DNA of 64,000 nucleotides from Eledone cirrhosa (lineage: Eukaryota), in contig OZ024752.1 of assembly GCA_964016885.1 (NCBI GenBank), positions 42,036,001-42,100,000 on the forward strand, read 5' to 3'. The notes beneath the pieces were generated by a model. The model saw only the letters and a list, made by a program, of their open reading frames with translations. It did not search any database and was not told where the DNA came from. The position numbers and the translations under genes were made by a program. This document shows positions 28,654 through 42,711 of this stretch, in pieces (positions within the stretch are counted from its first letter, which is position 1; every line of letters begins with the position of its first letter).

Positions 28654-28942
28654 CAATCATGGGCAACCTGCGGCCCGCGAAACTTTCTCAATGGCTCGCC
28701 TAAGTCACCTAAGTGAAATCTTTCTGATTTTTTTACTCAAACTTTTCAGTCGTAATTTATCTTTCTATCATTTTTACGATCGAGGAAAACAACTTGTAAG
28801 AATTCTGAAGAAACAAATTAAAACAACCTGAGTTACCGCCCTTTTTTTATGTGGGCACGAATGTAAATTAGCGCTTGCGGCCTGCCTGATAATGAGCCAT
28901 TTCTCATGCGGCCCGCTTCTCAAAAAAGGTCGCCCATGCCTG
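28654..28942. mobile_element. hAT-family MITE, second copy in the opposite orientation
   Basis: Reverse-complement homolog of 4849-5190; 8-bp TSD CTTTAAAC/CTTTAAAT. Confidence 0.82.
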
Positions 28943-29743
28943 CTTTAAATATACGACTCTAGCTTCAACAAACATCTTCTTCACTGAAAAGTAGTTCTAT
29001 AGCTCGTGTCATCGGCGGTGGAAACGTTGGCAACTACTAGACTTCATACTCACCCAGAACAAAACAATAATGTAGATACAAGATGCACCCATACCATGAG
29101 CGGGTGGGTGGAGGTGGTTGACTGCTCCACTCATCATGTGCTGACATGCACCACATGTAATTTATTTGTGAGACTATAAAGTGCAAGAAAGTTGACAGAA
29201 CTCCATAAGTGTCACCGGGTGCTAGTAAACTAAAGATCCTGAATTGCAACGTGCATTTACAGCAAATACGAGCAACAGTTTAGACATGCTGCCTGAAAAG
29301 TGCACCAGACGACACTGTAGCAACCGATGCTTGCCGGGAGTACCTGCGCAAGACAATCTACAAAATAGCTGCTGCCTCAATCACCCGCCAGTCCTCTTCC
29401 AACTCCCCTAACAGAGGTGATTTCCGAGAAAGTTTATAGTAAAGATGTATTGTTTCTGAGTTCATATAAAACAATGTGGCAAAGATGAAGTAGTAAAATA
29501 TTTTATTTCAGTAGTTATTCTCTTAATCTCCGATGTGGGGAAAAAGCAAAAGAGTCACTGACAGTGATGTGTTTTCTGGGGTTTGTACCTCTAACACGAG
29601 GGAATAGAACTCACGCCTTTTGTATAAGGGACAACTGCGCTCTGTACTGTCGTCAATGTTTTCTCTTTGTAAACCCTTTGTGAAAGGAAATTATTATCAC
29701 CATCATCATCATCACCATCATCATTATTATTATTGGCAGTAAA

Positions 29744-30520
29744 GGGCGGTGGATTGGCAGTATCGGTAGAGGGTCGGACACCATGCTTTCCAGCATAGTT
29801 ACGTCCCTTTACGATCTGAGTTCAAATCCCGCCGAGGTTGACTTTGCCTTTCATCCTTACGGGGTCGATAAAATAAAGTACCAGTAATGCACTGGTAATT
29901 TCTGGCCTTGTGCCTAAAGTAGAAACAATTATTATTATTGGCAGTATATAGGGCGGTGAATTGGCAGTATCGGTAGAGGGTCGGACGCCATGCTTTCCAG
30001 CATAGTTACGTCCCTTTACGATCTGAGTTCAAATCCTGCCGAGGTTAACTTTGCTTTTCATCCTTACGGGGTCGATAAAATAAAGTACCAGTAATGTACT
30101 GGGATAATTGTTGGCCTTGTGCCTAAAATAGAAACAATTATTATTGGCAGTATCGGTAGAGGGTCGGATGCTATGCTTTGCAACATAGAGTTACGGCGCT
30201 TTACGATCTCAGTTCAAATCCCGCCAAGGTCAACTTTGCCTTTCATCCCTACGGGGTCGATAAAATAAAGAACCAGTCACGCACTGGGGTAGATTTATCC
30301 CCCAAAATTATTATTGGTGGATTGGCAGTATCGGTAGAGCGTCGGGCACCATACTTTGCTGCATAGAGGAATGACCCTTTACGGTCTGAGTTCAAATCCT
30401 GCAGCGGTTAGCTTTGCCTTCCATCCTTACGGGGTCGATAAAATAAAGTACCAGTAATGCACTGGGGTAGATTTAACCCCCCAAAATTGCTGACCTTGTG
30501 CCTATATAAGAAATTATTCT
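29744..30520 (+). mobile_element. Head-to-tail cluster of four SINE copies
   Basis: Four successive B-box-containing copies separated by ATT-rich linkers. Confidence 0.85.
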
Positions 30521-30534
30521 TATTCTTCTTATTA

Positions 30535-31012
30535 TTATTATTTACATCCTCTGTTTTTTTTTTGCTTTTTTACACGCAGAAATGCCCATTTGTACCGTCC
30601 TGTATTGTCCTGTACTGTCCTTAATGTCTACTTTATGTAAACCCTTGTGGTTAATGAAGAAATCATTATTATTGCTGAAAGGTGGGTGAATGTGGCGAGA
30701 ATGGCCCGTGCGAGTGGTCATGCGGCTGTAGGTAGGTAAATTTGAAGAGGAGATGGGTGCCCTTCCTGGGTTCTCTCGAAGCGTCGGGTCGTTCAGGACT
30801 GGTGGTGGGGTACCTGAGCGAACCCTAGGTGGTCATCCCCCCTATTAGGGAATGTTTTCTTGTTGTAATTTTCTTGTTACTTTATTGTTACTTTGTTATT
30901 GTTACTTTGTTATTGTTATTCATATTGTTTACTCGATTTTTCTGTAAAACCCCACTGTCCCAGTCTTTTGTATTGTCCCCTATATGTCGGCCCTTGTGGC
31001 CAATAAATGAAA

Positions 31013-31059
<47 letters not shown>

Positions 31060-31199
31060 GGGGAATTTTTTCATTGTTCTATTATTACATCCTCTGTTTC
31101 TTTTTTTTACACGCAGAAATGCCCATTTGTACCGTCCTGCATTGTCCTGCACTGTCCTTAATGTCTACTTTATGTAAACCCTTGTGGTTAATAAAGAAA

Positions 31200-31278
<79 letters not shown>
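30535..31278 (+). mobile_element. Stacked 3' ends of a related Tx1/L1-like LINE family with (ATT)n tails
   Basis: GAAAGGTGGGTGAATGTGGCGAGAATGGCCCG matches the reverse complement of ~10741-10785; three CCCTTGTGG..AAT(A/G)AA ends, each followed by ATT repeats. Confidence 0.65.
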
Positions 31279-31286
31279 CGTTTCAG

Positions 31287-31352
31287 TATTTAGAACAACG
31301 ATTTGACAAACGTCTCCGTCTCCTCGGTTCCCTGATCTACTGTATCATGATG
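31287..31352 (+). CDS. SLC5A8-like: SLC5 exon 2 (YLEQRFDKRLRLLGSLIYCIMM)
   Basis: tttcAG acceptor, GTAAGT donor, 66 nt, YLExRF motif. Confidence 0.92.
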
Positions 31353-31365
31353 GTAAGTATTTTGT

Positions 31366-31404
<39 letters not shown>

Positions 31405-31812
31405 ACTTGTAGTTGAGATCACTCCGTTTATGCTGGGCGAAAGGGACAGCGGAGGGGTGGAGAGATGAGGATGAATCGAGAAAATAAAGTAACGGCCAAA
31501 TAATAAGGTCGCTATAAACACCTATATTCCTCCTCTATTCCTCTACATTAGCCCGCTTCTCTCTACTCTACCCTACTCCCCCCCCCCCCACCCACATCCT
31601 CAACCACTACCCCTATACCCAACCTACCCATACCTCTAACCCATTCAGCCTCCACCATGCCCACACCCCTACTATATAAAAATGTTTTTTATGTTATGAA
31701 ATTAATATTTTCTTTTCATTACAAAACCGCGTCTAACTTCCTTTATTTTCGTACCTGTTTATTTAATACACTTTCTTTCTTTCTTTTTTTCTTTCTTACT
31801 TTCTTAATTTCG

Positions 31813-31844
<32 letters not shown>

Positions 31845-31946
31845 CTTCTTCTTCTTCTTCTTCTTCTTCTTCTTCTTCTTCTTCTTCTTCTTCTTCTTCT
31901 TCTTCTTCTTCTTCTTCTTCTTCTTCTTCTTCTTCTTCTTCTCTCC

Positions 31947-31980
<34 letters not shown>

Positions 31981-32114
31981 TTATATATATATAAAGAGAG
32001 CGACGGCTGAGCTCCGGCCGTTTCGACAGCTAGTTCTGAACTAACGCATAACCACAGTATCGAGTACTCTGGCGCGTTAGGGTCTAACTGGTTCCTTACC
32101 ACACTTCCTTTTCG

Positions 32115-32226
<112 letters not shown>

Positions 32227-32585
32227 ATGTAAGTGCGACTATTTGATTTACTTAATTTGAACGTAAACCAATCTACACAAATCTAATGCTATCCACGTCT
32301 AACTTCCTTATCTTCGTATCTGAATAAACCTATAGTCAATCCAATTTACTTGACCCATACCGTATGAGAAAAAGTAAAAAGCAAACATGTCTTTCAACAT
32401 CAAACACCCAAACCTTCCGACAAAACAATAAACAACCTGCACCAATTACTGGTATAGAGGTGACAAGCATCATCAGACTGCAGCTTTCGTTATATTATAT
32501 AGATATATGCATATACATAGATAGATAGGTGTATGCGCACAAACATATGTATATATGTATATATATGTATACACACACACACACA

Positions 32586-32717
<132 letters not shown>

Positions 32718-32811
32718 CATACATGCATTTATGTATACATGCATATGTATGTATATATATATATATCACAGAAAAAAAGAGAATCAGTATTGCGACGAAT
32801 GGCATTTATTG

Positions 32812-32907
32812 GACATATTACAATCGTTTCGCTGGCGACCAGCTGGAGGCACGATCGATGTGATGATCGAACCTGACTCTGAAAATCGCAAGGTCCTCAG
32901 ATGCATC
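32812..32907 (-). ncRNA. Degenerate hammerhead candidate with long stem II
   Basis: Minus strand: GAUGCAU-CUGAGGA-..GCGAUU...GGUCGC..-GAAA-CGAUUG-UA-AUAUGUC; stem I imperfect; inside a TA-flanked inverted-repeat element 32765-33012. Confidence 0.45.
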
Positions 32908-33022
32908 TTCATTCTACGAAGCAGATTTTCCTATGGTCGCCAGAGAAACGATTGTAATATGTCCAATAAATTCCATTCGTGGCAACACGGATTCTTTTTT
33001 TTTTCTGTGATATCATACTCTG

Positions 33023-33125
<103 letters not shown>

Positions 33126-33314
33126 AACCAGTAAGACCCCCGACAGCTGAGCTCAAGCCGTTTCGACGGCTAATTCTGGACCAGAATTAGCCGTCGAAAC
33201 GGCTTGAGCTCAGGTGTCGGGGTCTTACTGGTTCCTATTACCCACTCTACTACCTCAAGTATTGAGTACTTTGGTGCGTTATGGTCCACCTGGTTCCTTA
33301 CCACATTTCCTTCG

Positions 33315-33389
<75 letters not shown>

Positions 33390-33476
33390 GTATATATATA
33401 GATATATAGATATAAATATTCATATTTGCATTCATACATATATATTTACGTATACCTATGTATGTACGTATGTATG

Positions 33477-33583
<107 letters not shown>

Positions 33584-33924
33584 GTAGATAAATCTAGCAA
33601 AATGTACGGTAGTGTCCAATCCGTATGAAGAACTCAATGTAATCCGAATATCATGAAAAGAGAAGATGTATTCAAAAAATGTTTTCGGTGAAAAATAACG
33701 GAAAACAGAGTCAAGATAAATTAATAAAATAATGAATAAACAAAGAAACAGTTCCTTATATTAAAAAATTCATCATTTTACGATCGTTTCTAGGATATAT
33801 ATATTCTGTTACATGCGCACATGAAACAAATAACTGAAACATTATCCGTATAACTTCTAAAGTACGCCTTAACAGGGATTACAATTTAACCTAGTAAATA
33901 CATCTAATAAACACAAGAGATGGA

Positions 33925-34440
33925 AGTGGTGGTGGTGGTGGTGTAGCGAAGGAGCTGGGGAGTGTGAGAGTGGTGGTGGTGGTGGTGATGGTGGAGTAGC
34001 ATAGGGATGGAGCTGGGGAGTGTGAGGGTGGTGGTGGTGGTGGTGTAGCATAGGGATGGAGCTGGGGAGTGTGAGAGTGGTGGTGGTGGTGGTGGTGTAG
34101 CATAGGGATGGAGCTGGGGAGTGTGAGAGTGGTGGTGGTGGTGGTGGTGGTGTAGGGATGGAGCTGGGGAGTGTGAGAGTGGTGGTGGTGGTGTAGCATA
34201 GGGATGGAGCTGGGGAGTGTGAGAGTGGTGGTGGTGGTGGTGTAGCATAGGGATGGAGCTGGGGAGTGTGAGAGTGGTGGTGGTGGTGGTGGTGTAGCAT
34301 AGGGATGGAGCTGGAGAGTGTGAGAGTGGTGGTGGTGGTGGTGTAGCATAGGGATGGAGCTGGGGAGTGTGAGAGTGGTGGTGGTGGTGGTGGTGTAGCA
34401 TAGGGATGGAGCTGGGGAGTGTGAGAGTGGTGGTGGTGGG
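33925..34440. repeat. G-rich ~50-bp minisatellite gtagcatagggatggagctggggagtgtgaga(gtg)n
   Basis: About 9 tandem units, followed by a degenerate (GGT)n tract to ~34710. Confidence 0.92.
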
Positions 34441-36667
34441 TCTAGTGTTAGTGGTGGTGGTAATGGTGTTGTTGGTGGTGGTGATGCTGGTGGTGGTGGT
34501 GGTGGTGGTGTTAATGGTGTTGTTGTTGTTGTTGGTGGTGGGTCTAGTGTTAGTGTTGGTGGTGTTGGTGTTGTTGTTGGTGGTGGTCGTGGTGGTGGTA
34601 ATGGTGGTGGTGTTGGGGGTGGTGATAGTGTTGGTGGTGGTGGTGGTAATGGTGTTGTTGGTGGTGGTGGTGTTGGGGGTTGTGGTGGTGGTGGTGCTGG
34701 TGGTGGTAGTTGTCTTGGGTAGTAGCTATGGATGCTTGTTATGTGGGAGACAAATGTGCGAGGTAGAGTATGGGTCTGGTTGGAAGAGGGGGGGGGGGTT
34801 TAACACGAAACGTTGGCAACAATTAAATATGACAGTGACTGCTGACTGATGGCGGTAGTGATGGATACATTCCTAGGGACGCCTGATGTGTGGAAAATAA
34901 ATAGTAAAGTGTGCGTTAGGATTTAATTTCATTCTGTATTTAATTCTATCTGAGTTGTGTGGTGTAAAATACGTATTTTAATGGCAAAATGACTCTTTCA
35001 CGATGTTATTGCTATTTCTGACAACTAACTTCATTAATTTATGTTTTAACACGAAATGTTGGCAACAATTAAATATTACAGTGACTGCTGATTGATGGCG
35101 GAAGTGATGAAAAAATTCCTAGGGATGCCTGGTGCGTGGAAAACAAATAGTAAAGGGTGCATTAGGATTTAAGTTTGTTCTGTATTTAATTCTATCTGAG
35201 TTGTGTGTGGTGTGGTTGGGATGGGGTCATAATTGTATAACTGTCTTCCCTTGGTTGATAAAAAAAAGCATTTTAATGGCAAAATGACTCTTTCACGATG
35301 TGATTGCTCTTTCTGACAAATAACTTAATTAATTTATGTTTCCGTAAATGGCCACATTTTGAACGATTTGAAGTTTGTTGTATTTTTTAAAATGGCGGCG
35401 AATTGGTTGTGTCGCTCGGAGCGTCAGATTAAATACTTCCGGTTTATTTTACTCTGAGATTAAATCCTCCCGAAATTAACTTTGCCTTTCATTCTTTCGA
35501 GGTCGATAAATAAAGTACCATTCCTAATACGGGGTCGATTCTTCCTCCTCTCTCTCTCTCTTTCTATTTTTCGCATTCCTCGCTCTCTCTCTTTCTCATC
35601 TCTCTCTCTTTCTCAGCTCTCTCTCTGTCTTTTTTCTCACATCTCTCTCTCTTTCTTTCTTTCTCTCCCACTCGCTCTTTCTCATCGCCTCTCTTTCTCA
35701 CCTCCCTCTCTCTCTTTCTCACCCCTCTCTCTCTTTCTCACCCCTATCTCTCTTTCTCTCACCCTCCCTCTCTCTCTCTTTCTCACAACCCTCTCTCTTT
35801 CTCCCCCCTCTCTCTTTCTCATCCCCCTCTCTCGCTCGCTCTCACTTTCTTTCCCTGGAAGAAACCGGCTGTGTCCAGATCTAGTTAGAGAGTAATAGGT
35901 TCTACCAGGTTTAAAATTCCCGACACAAGACCTGTTAGGACAGCGTCCTTACGACTCTATCAGGATTTAAGGGCTCTTTCCTTTCCTTTCTTTTCCTTCT
36001 TTATAACATTTTATCCTTTTTTTAAACATCTCCCTCTCTCTATACATCTTATCCGTTCAGTTTCCTCCATTTTGGCCTTCTCTATAGGCCAAACACCGTT
36101 TTGAACCTATTGTCTCGTTCTTTCACTTCTCGTCTTTACTTCTCGTTCTTTCACTTCTCGTCTTTACTTCTCATCTTTCACTTCTCGTCCTTCCCTTCTC
36201 GTCCTTACTTCTCGTTCTTTCACTTCTCGTCTTTCACTTCTCGTCCTTTACTTCTCGTTCTTTCACTTCTCGTTCCTTCACTTCTCGTTCTTCACTTCTT
36301 GTTCTTCACTTCTCGTCCTTCACTTCTCGTCATAACATTTCCCTGTATATTTCAGAAATATTATCGTACATAATAGTAGGGCGATAGATTGGCAGTATCG
36401 GTAGAACGTCGGACACCATGCTATGCAGCATAGAGTTACGGCCCTTTATGATATGAGTTCAAATCCCGCCGAGGTTAACTTTGCCTTTCATCCTTTCGAG
36501 GTCGATAAAATAAAGCACCAGTCACGCACTGGGGTCGATTTAATCGACTTTCCTCTCGCCCAGAATTGCTGACCTTGTGCCTATATAAGAAACCATTATC
36601 GTACATAATACTACATCAATTCTCTTTCTTTTTTCTTCTTTTTCTTTCTCTCTTTTTTTTCGTGTAG

Positions 36668-36719
36668 ATCATGTACATGTCGATTGTTCTGTACGGCCCA
36701 TCTCTCGCCCTGCACGCTG
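36668..36719 (+). CDS. SLC5A8-like: SLC5 exon 3 (IMYMSIVLYGPSLALHA)
   Basis: Polypyrimidine tract plus tAG, GTAGGT donor, 52 nt, phase 0 to 1. Confidence 0.92.
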
Positions 36720-37208
36720 GTAGGTAGTATAGAATTACCATTTATAGAAGCTTCTAGATTAATCTTCTTCTTCTTCTTCAAATATTTCATGTTCTGTTGT
36801 TAATTTAGGGGAAAAAAAGAAGAAAGTAAAAAATTAAAATAAAAAAAACCAAAAAAAAACCAACAACAAATTTTCGAATCGTTCAAAATATCGCCTTTTA
36901 CCAAAACCATGGATTTAAATAAAATTATTAGAAACATCAATTACACGATGGCAGACATATTTTAGCCATTAAAATATATAACTCATCACACAAAATCTGT
37001 TAAATTTACTTTTCATTTATGGTATAGATTGTATACATTGTGCTGAAAATGAGCACCACCAATAGCTGGGGGTTTAACCCTGCGATGGACTGACGTCCTG
37101 TCCAGGGGGGAAGTCTTGTACTCTCAGTCGCTTCATGCCATGAAACCGTGATAAGCACTGACCAAATGAGCCTTCTGGCTTAAGGCAGGCTTTAGACATT
37201 AGATATAG

Positions 37209-37317
<109 letters not shown>

Positions 37318-37410
37318 GGTAATTCCGAAGGAAAGGCAAAGGAAAAAAGAGTGCTCTATGTATAGAACAGAGCTGTTTAATTAGAAAGTGAACAACACAA
37401 AATATAACTA

Positions 37411-37481
37411 CTCCATTACCAAAGGAGGTTTCTGGATCCCAGACAATAACAGTATATGCCTGGATTGGTCGTCAGACAGAG
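37411..37481 (-). ncRNA. Type I hammerhead candidate, GUA triplet
   Basis: Minus strand: CUCUGU-CUGACGA-..AUCCAGGCA/UGUCUGGGAU..-GAA-ACC-UCCUUU-GGU-A-AUGGAG; base of stem II is mismatched. Confidence 0.5.
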
Positions 37482-37694
37482 ATGTTATATATATATATAG
37501 GAACGAGTAGGACCCCGACGGCTGAGCTCAAGCCGCTTCGACGGCAAATTTCGACGGCTAATTAGCCGTCGAAACGGCTTGAGCTCAGCCGTCGGGGTCC
37601 TACTCGTTCCTATTACCCACTCTACTACACTACCCTAAGTATTGAGTATTTTGGTGCGTTATGGTCCACCTGGTTCCTTACCACACTTCCTTCG

Positions 37695-37785
<91 letters not shown>

Positions 37786-37790
<5 letters not shown>

Positions 37791-38220
37791 GATATTAAAC
37801 AAATGGAAACTATATTTATAAAACCATATTTATTTCATTATACATATTTCGGGGATACCATATTAAAAATATGGCATGCCTTCTTCAGATAAAATACAAT
37901 ATATAAACAGTTTTATAAATAATTTTGACGTACCATAAATATTGAGCAACCTTTATGTAGGAAGCCGGTTTGGTAGTGAGATGTTTATAAATATTTAGTG
38001 TTAAGCACTAAATATTTATAAACATCTCACTACCAAACCGGCTTCCTACATAAAGGTTGCTCAATATTTATGGTACGTCAAAATTATTTATAAAACTGTT
38101 TATATATTGTATTTTATCTGAAGAAGGCATGCCATATTTTTAATATGGTATCCCCGAAATATGTATAATGAAATAAATATGGTTTTATAAATATAGTTTC
38201 CATTTGTTTAATATCGTATA
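37786..38220. repeat. Perfect inverted repeat, ~215-bp arms, 5-nt loop
   Basis: 37786-38000 is the reverse complement of 38006-38220. Confidence 0.93.
38110..38175 (+). ncRNA. Minimal type I hammerhead ribozyme (mirror copy on minus strand at 37831-37896)
   Basis: UAUUUUAU-CUGAAGA-AGGC-AUGCCAUAUU/AAUAUGGUAU-CCCC-GAAA-UAUGUA-UA-AUGAAAUA. Confidence 0.8.
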
Positions 38221-38900
38221 TCTACTCCAAAACTTGTCGAGTGCTTTATATCAGTTATAAAATATTTACTTGTTGTAACCCAACAATTTTAAATAAAACT
38301 TTTGCATATATATATATATATATATATTGTGCTATATGCTGTTTCGAGTGAGGAACGGCCTTCAGGAACGAGTGAAGTTCTTGAACCGATGTCCCACTGA
38401 TCTATATTCTACACCATACTAAATATCAGGATACATACTAATATTATGTCATAGGGCGGTGGATTGGCTGTATCTATAGAGGGTCTGACGCCATGCTTTA
38501 CAGTAAAGAGTTACGGCCCTTTATGGTCTGAGTTCAAATCCCGCCGGGGTTAACTTTACCTCTCATCCTTACGCGGTCGATAAAATAAAGTACCAGTAAT
38601 ACACTAGGATAATTGCTGGCCTTGTGTGCCAAAAGTAGAAACAATTATATCATATGCTATATACTAACTTTATTCGATAACAGTAGGGCATAGATTTTTT
38701 TAAAATCCAAGTGAGGCGTGGGAAAAATCGGCTGAGAAACATTGAACTAAATGGAACTGAGGGTATTAACATGTATAAAGTCTATTGAATTAAATTTAAA
38801 ATGGATAAAATAATTAAAATAAATACAAAATTTAATCTGTTCTTGGCGTTGTAAAAAGAAAGGTAGGAAGAGAATTGAAGCAAAGTGTGTAGATAGATAG

Positions 38901-39018
<118 letters not shown>

Positions 39019-39130
39019 ATCGGAGAGATTCAAATGATTAGTTTAAGTCTGACATTTCGGTTAATTCCACAATCTGTTCTGGACGCGAATAGAAAAAACC
39101 CTAACACACATAAACACTTCCATCCTCCAT

Positions 39131-39193
<63 letters not shown>

Positions 39194-39198
39194 TACAG

Positions 39199-39255
<57 letters not shown>

Positions 39256-39351
39256 CATACCTTACACATACATATATACATATATATATATATACATACA
39301 TATATACACATACATACATACATATATATATATATATACATACATACACAT

Positions 39352-39409
<58 letters not shown>

Positions 39410-39558
39410 TTATATACATATGCACATACATACACCCCAAAACACATACATATATACAAGAGCACATACATACACACTTACATGCATACACTTACATGCT
39501 TATTTACTTAAACAAGCGGTCATTTTAAATGTCAAAATATTCTCTTTTTTTATTCCAG

Positions 39559-39626
39559 TGACTGGTTTTCCGCTATGGGGCGCTGTAATCGCTGTATGGT
39601 CTGTTAGCACGTTCTACACTACTGTG
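39559..39626 (+). CDS. SLC5A8-like: SLC5 exon 4 ([23 protein letters not shown])
   Basis: ttccAG acceptor, GTAAGC donor, 68 nt, phase 1 to 0. Confidence 0.92.
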
Positions 39627-41145
39627 GTAAGCAATCTCTTGCTAGATTCAGTCTCATTTGGAGGGGATGCGGAGGACCAAAGGGTTAAGGAATATTGCTT
39701 TAAAACCCCGTCTATTTGAGTTCAGTTCCACCCAACTGCCATGATTATTTTCAAAATTATTTGAAAATTATAGGCAAATCTTTCATTAGAAATAGGGTAA
39801 CGAAAGGGTTAAAGGGGTTATATTTATCTAAAATCATCATAATTTCTATCATAATTCTATGTAAAGAATTTTTTGTTATGTTCCAAATAATGATTTCTAG
39901 TAAATTGGGGGAGGTGAAAGTCGATTAAATCGACCCCAGAACTTAGACAGTAAAGGACCGTAACTCTATGCTGTCAAGCATGGTGTCTGACGCTCTACCG
40001 AGGCTGCCAAATCGCTGTCCTCTTTTATATAAATAATTGTTTCTACTTTTGGCACAAAGCCAGCAATTATCCCAGTGTATTACTGGTACTTTATTTTATC
40101 GACCCCGTAAGGATGAAAGGCAAAGTTAACCTCGGCGGGATTTGAACTCAGATCATAAAGGGCCGTAACTCTATACGTCAAAGCATGGCGTCCGACCCTC
40201 TACCGATACTGCCAATCCACCGCCCTGTTATGTTCCAAATAATGACAACATTAATTAAATTACTAAATTCTTTTGAATTCTTGAGTACTTTCAAAATTGT
40301 TTGAAAACTATAAGCAAGGTCGTTTATTAGAAATATAGTAATGAATGGGATAAAGTGGTTATATTTATCTAAAGATTTTCTATTTTCATCCTTACGGGGT
40401 CGATAAAATAAAGTACCAGTAATGCACTGGGATAATGCTGGCCTTGTACCAAAAGCAGAAACAATTATAATTATATTTAAGAACATTTATGTTAGCTTCC
40501 AAGCACCAGGTAAATAATGAAATAGTTAATTATATTATTAAATTCCTCCAAATTCTTGATTATTTTCAAAATCATTTGAAAATTACCAGAAATATGCAAT
40601 CGGAATAGAAATATTCTATCCAAATTTTATGTAAGAACTTTTGTTACATTATATTCCAAGCACTAATGAGAAAGCTATATGACTAAAAAGAAAAAAAGAA
40701 TTTGTCGATCGACTTTCGTCAAATTCTTTTTTTTCTTTTTCGTCAAATCGGACCGAGGAAACAATGTTTCCGTTGGTCTTTCTAATTGCTAATACTATCT
40801 ATCGGTCGCAACTCCAGATAGAAGGAGGAACGGCAAATAAAGTATCTTGCGCATGGACATAGCGCATCACCCGGTCCGAGAATCGAACTGACAACCTCAC
40901 GATTGTGAATCCAATTCTCTAATCACTCAGCCACGTGCCTTCACTAAATATTACTAAATCCCTCCGAATTATCGAATCCATAGGCAATGAATTTCATTAA
41001 AAATATGGTAACAAAAAGTGTAAAGAGTTTATCTCATCAGGTCCATGTTTTTTTTTTATGAGAAAGTTATTTCTTGTCCTTTTTTTTTTTGTTTTGTCTT
41101 GTTATTAAATAACTACATATGGTTGATAATGTTGTTATTGTGCAG

Positions 41146-41300
41146 GGAGGCATGAAAGCAGTCGTATGGTCAGACACTTTCCAAGCTACAATGATGGTTG
41201 GTGGACTGTTATGTGTCCTTATCCAAGGAGCCAATGAAGCCGGTGGACTGACCAAAGCATGGGGCATCGCCGCAGAAAATCAGCGAATTAAATTTTTGGA
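41146..41300 (+). CDS. SLC5A8-like: SLC5 exon 5 (GGMKAVVWSDTFQ...RIKFL)
   Basis: tgcAG acceptor, GTAAGT donor, 155 nt, SSF signature GGMKAVVWxD. Confidence 0.95.
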
Positions 41301-42711
41301 GTAAGTATCGGCAGTTAATTACAATGAATTGACAAAGACATTAGGGACATCGGATTAAAAATACCTCAGAATTTGTTCCGGTTCACTGCACTCTGAGTTC
41401 AAATTAGGCTGTGGTCTCGTCCTTTCGAGGTCGAGAAATAAAGTACCAGTCATGTCCTAGTGCTAATTATCCCGCGCCCTCACTCTTTCCCTTGAAAAAA
41501 TCGACTGTATTCCGACCTGGAGAGGGTTGAGCTCTGCCAGGTATGTAGTAACTGGAAGGAAAAAAACACTCCTGACCACTAGGCCACGTACCTTCACAAT
41601 GCGTGTACTTTAAAAAAGTAGTAAGGTATCATTTAAGTGAGATTAAGCAGCTATTTCTAGTAGCTTAAGCAACCACGAAGAAGCAGTCATCCTTATTATC
41701 TCCAGACATGAAGCATTTGGAAGGAAACAACGCTCTGTCAGATCTGAGGATAGAACCCTAGACCTTACAATCATAACACCAACACCCTAACTACAAGATC
41801 ACGCGCCTTCACAAAGGCGTTTACTTTAAAAAAAAGACAGTAAGGTGTAATTTGAGTGAGATTTGGCAGCTATATTTAACAGCAGAAGCGACCACATAGA
41901 AGCACCATCACCACAAGCTATAGATATGTAGTAATTGGATCACCTCCAGTATTTTCCATGCTTCCTGTATAATTTAATTTAAGATCCAATGTCGCAAGTT
42001 ATATTACAATATGCTTCTGTGTAAATGGTTTCTTTCGAGGAATTTAAATGTCTTTTGTTTGGCACTTGATGTAGACACACATATTGCTAAGTCATTATAA
42101 TATCTCCTGCAAAAATTGGAGGAGCTGGAATGTTTTTCTTTCTTTCTTGGAGAAGGCATACACATCTTAATTTCCTGTTTTCATACACATACCTTTTATA
42201 AGAAATAACTCTTATTTAAAATACAAAAAAAAAAAAGAAAAAAAAAGAGAAAACAAGACGATGAGGCAATAGAGGTGGCGGACTGTGAAACTGTATGAAT
42301 ACAAAAAATAACAGCCGAATTATCCTAAGATAAATATATATCTAAATATTAAATAACAGTTTCTACTTTAGGCACAAGGCCAGCAATTACCCAGTGCATT
42401 ACTGGTACTTTTATTTTATCGACCCCGTAAGGATGAAAGGCAAAGTCAACCTCGGCGGGATTTGAACTCAGATCGTAAAGGGACATAACTATGCTGGAAA
42501 GCATGGCGTCCGACCCTCCACCGATACTGCCAATCCACCGCCCTAAATATTCAATAACAATATAAATTTGTTCTCGGTGCCAAATTTTATTGTTAAATGG
42601 ATAAATCTGACTCATAAATTAGTTGAATAGTTGAATACATTTCATCTATGCAAACAATATTCATATTTCGGGGAAAATTGCATTTATCAGAATTTTGAGT
42701 AAATTTTAGAA

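Noticed and set aside
29040-29430. Possible RTE-type LINE endonuclease/linker remnant
   Set aside because: It is too degenerate to support by eye and needs a translated search.
33770-33800. Minus-strand GAAA-CGAUCG-UA half hammerhead (a similar half motif lies at ~52010-52050)
   Set aside because: There is no upstream CUGANGA or matching stem I, so it is too incomplete to call.
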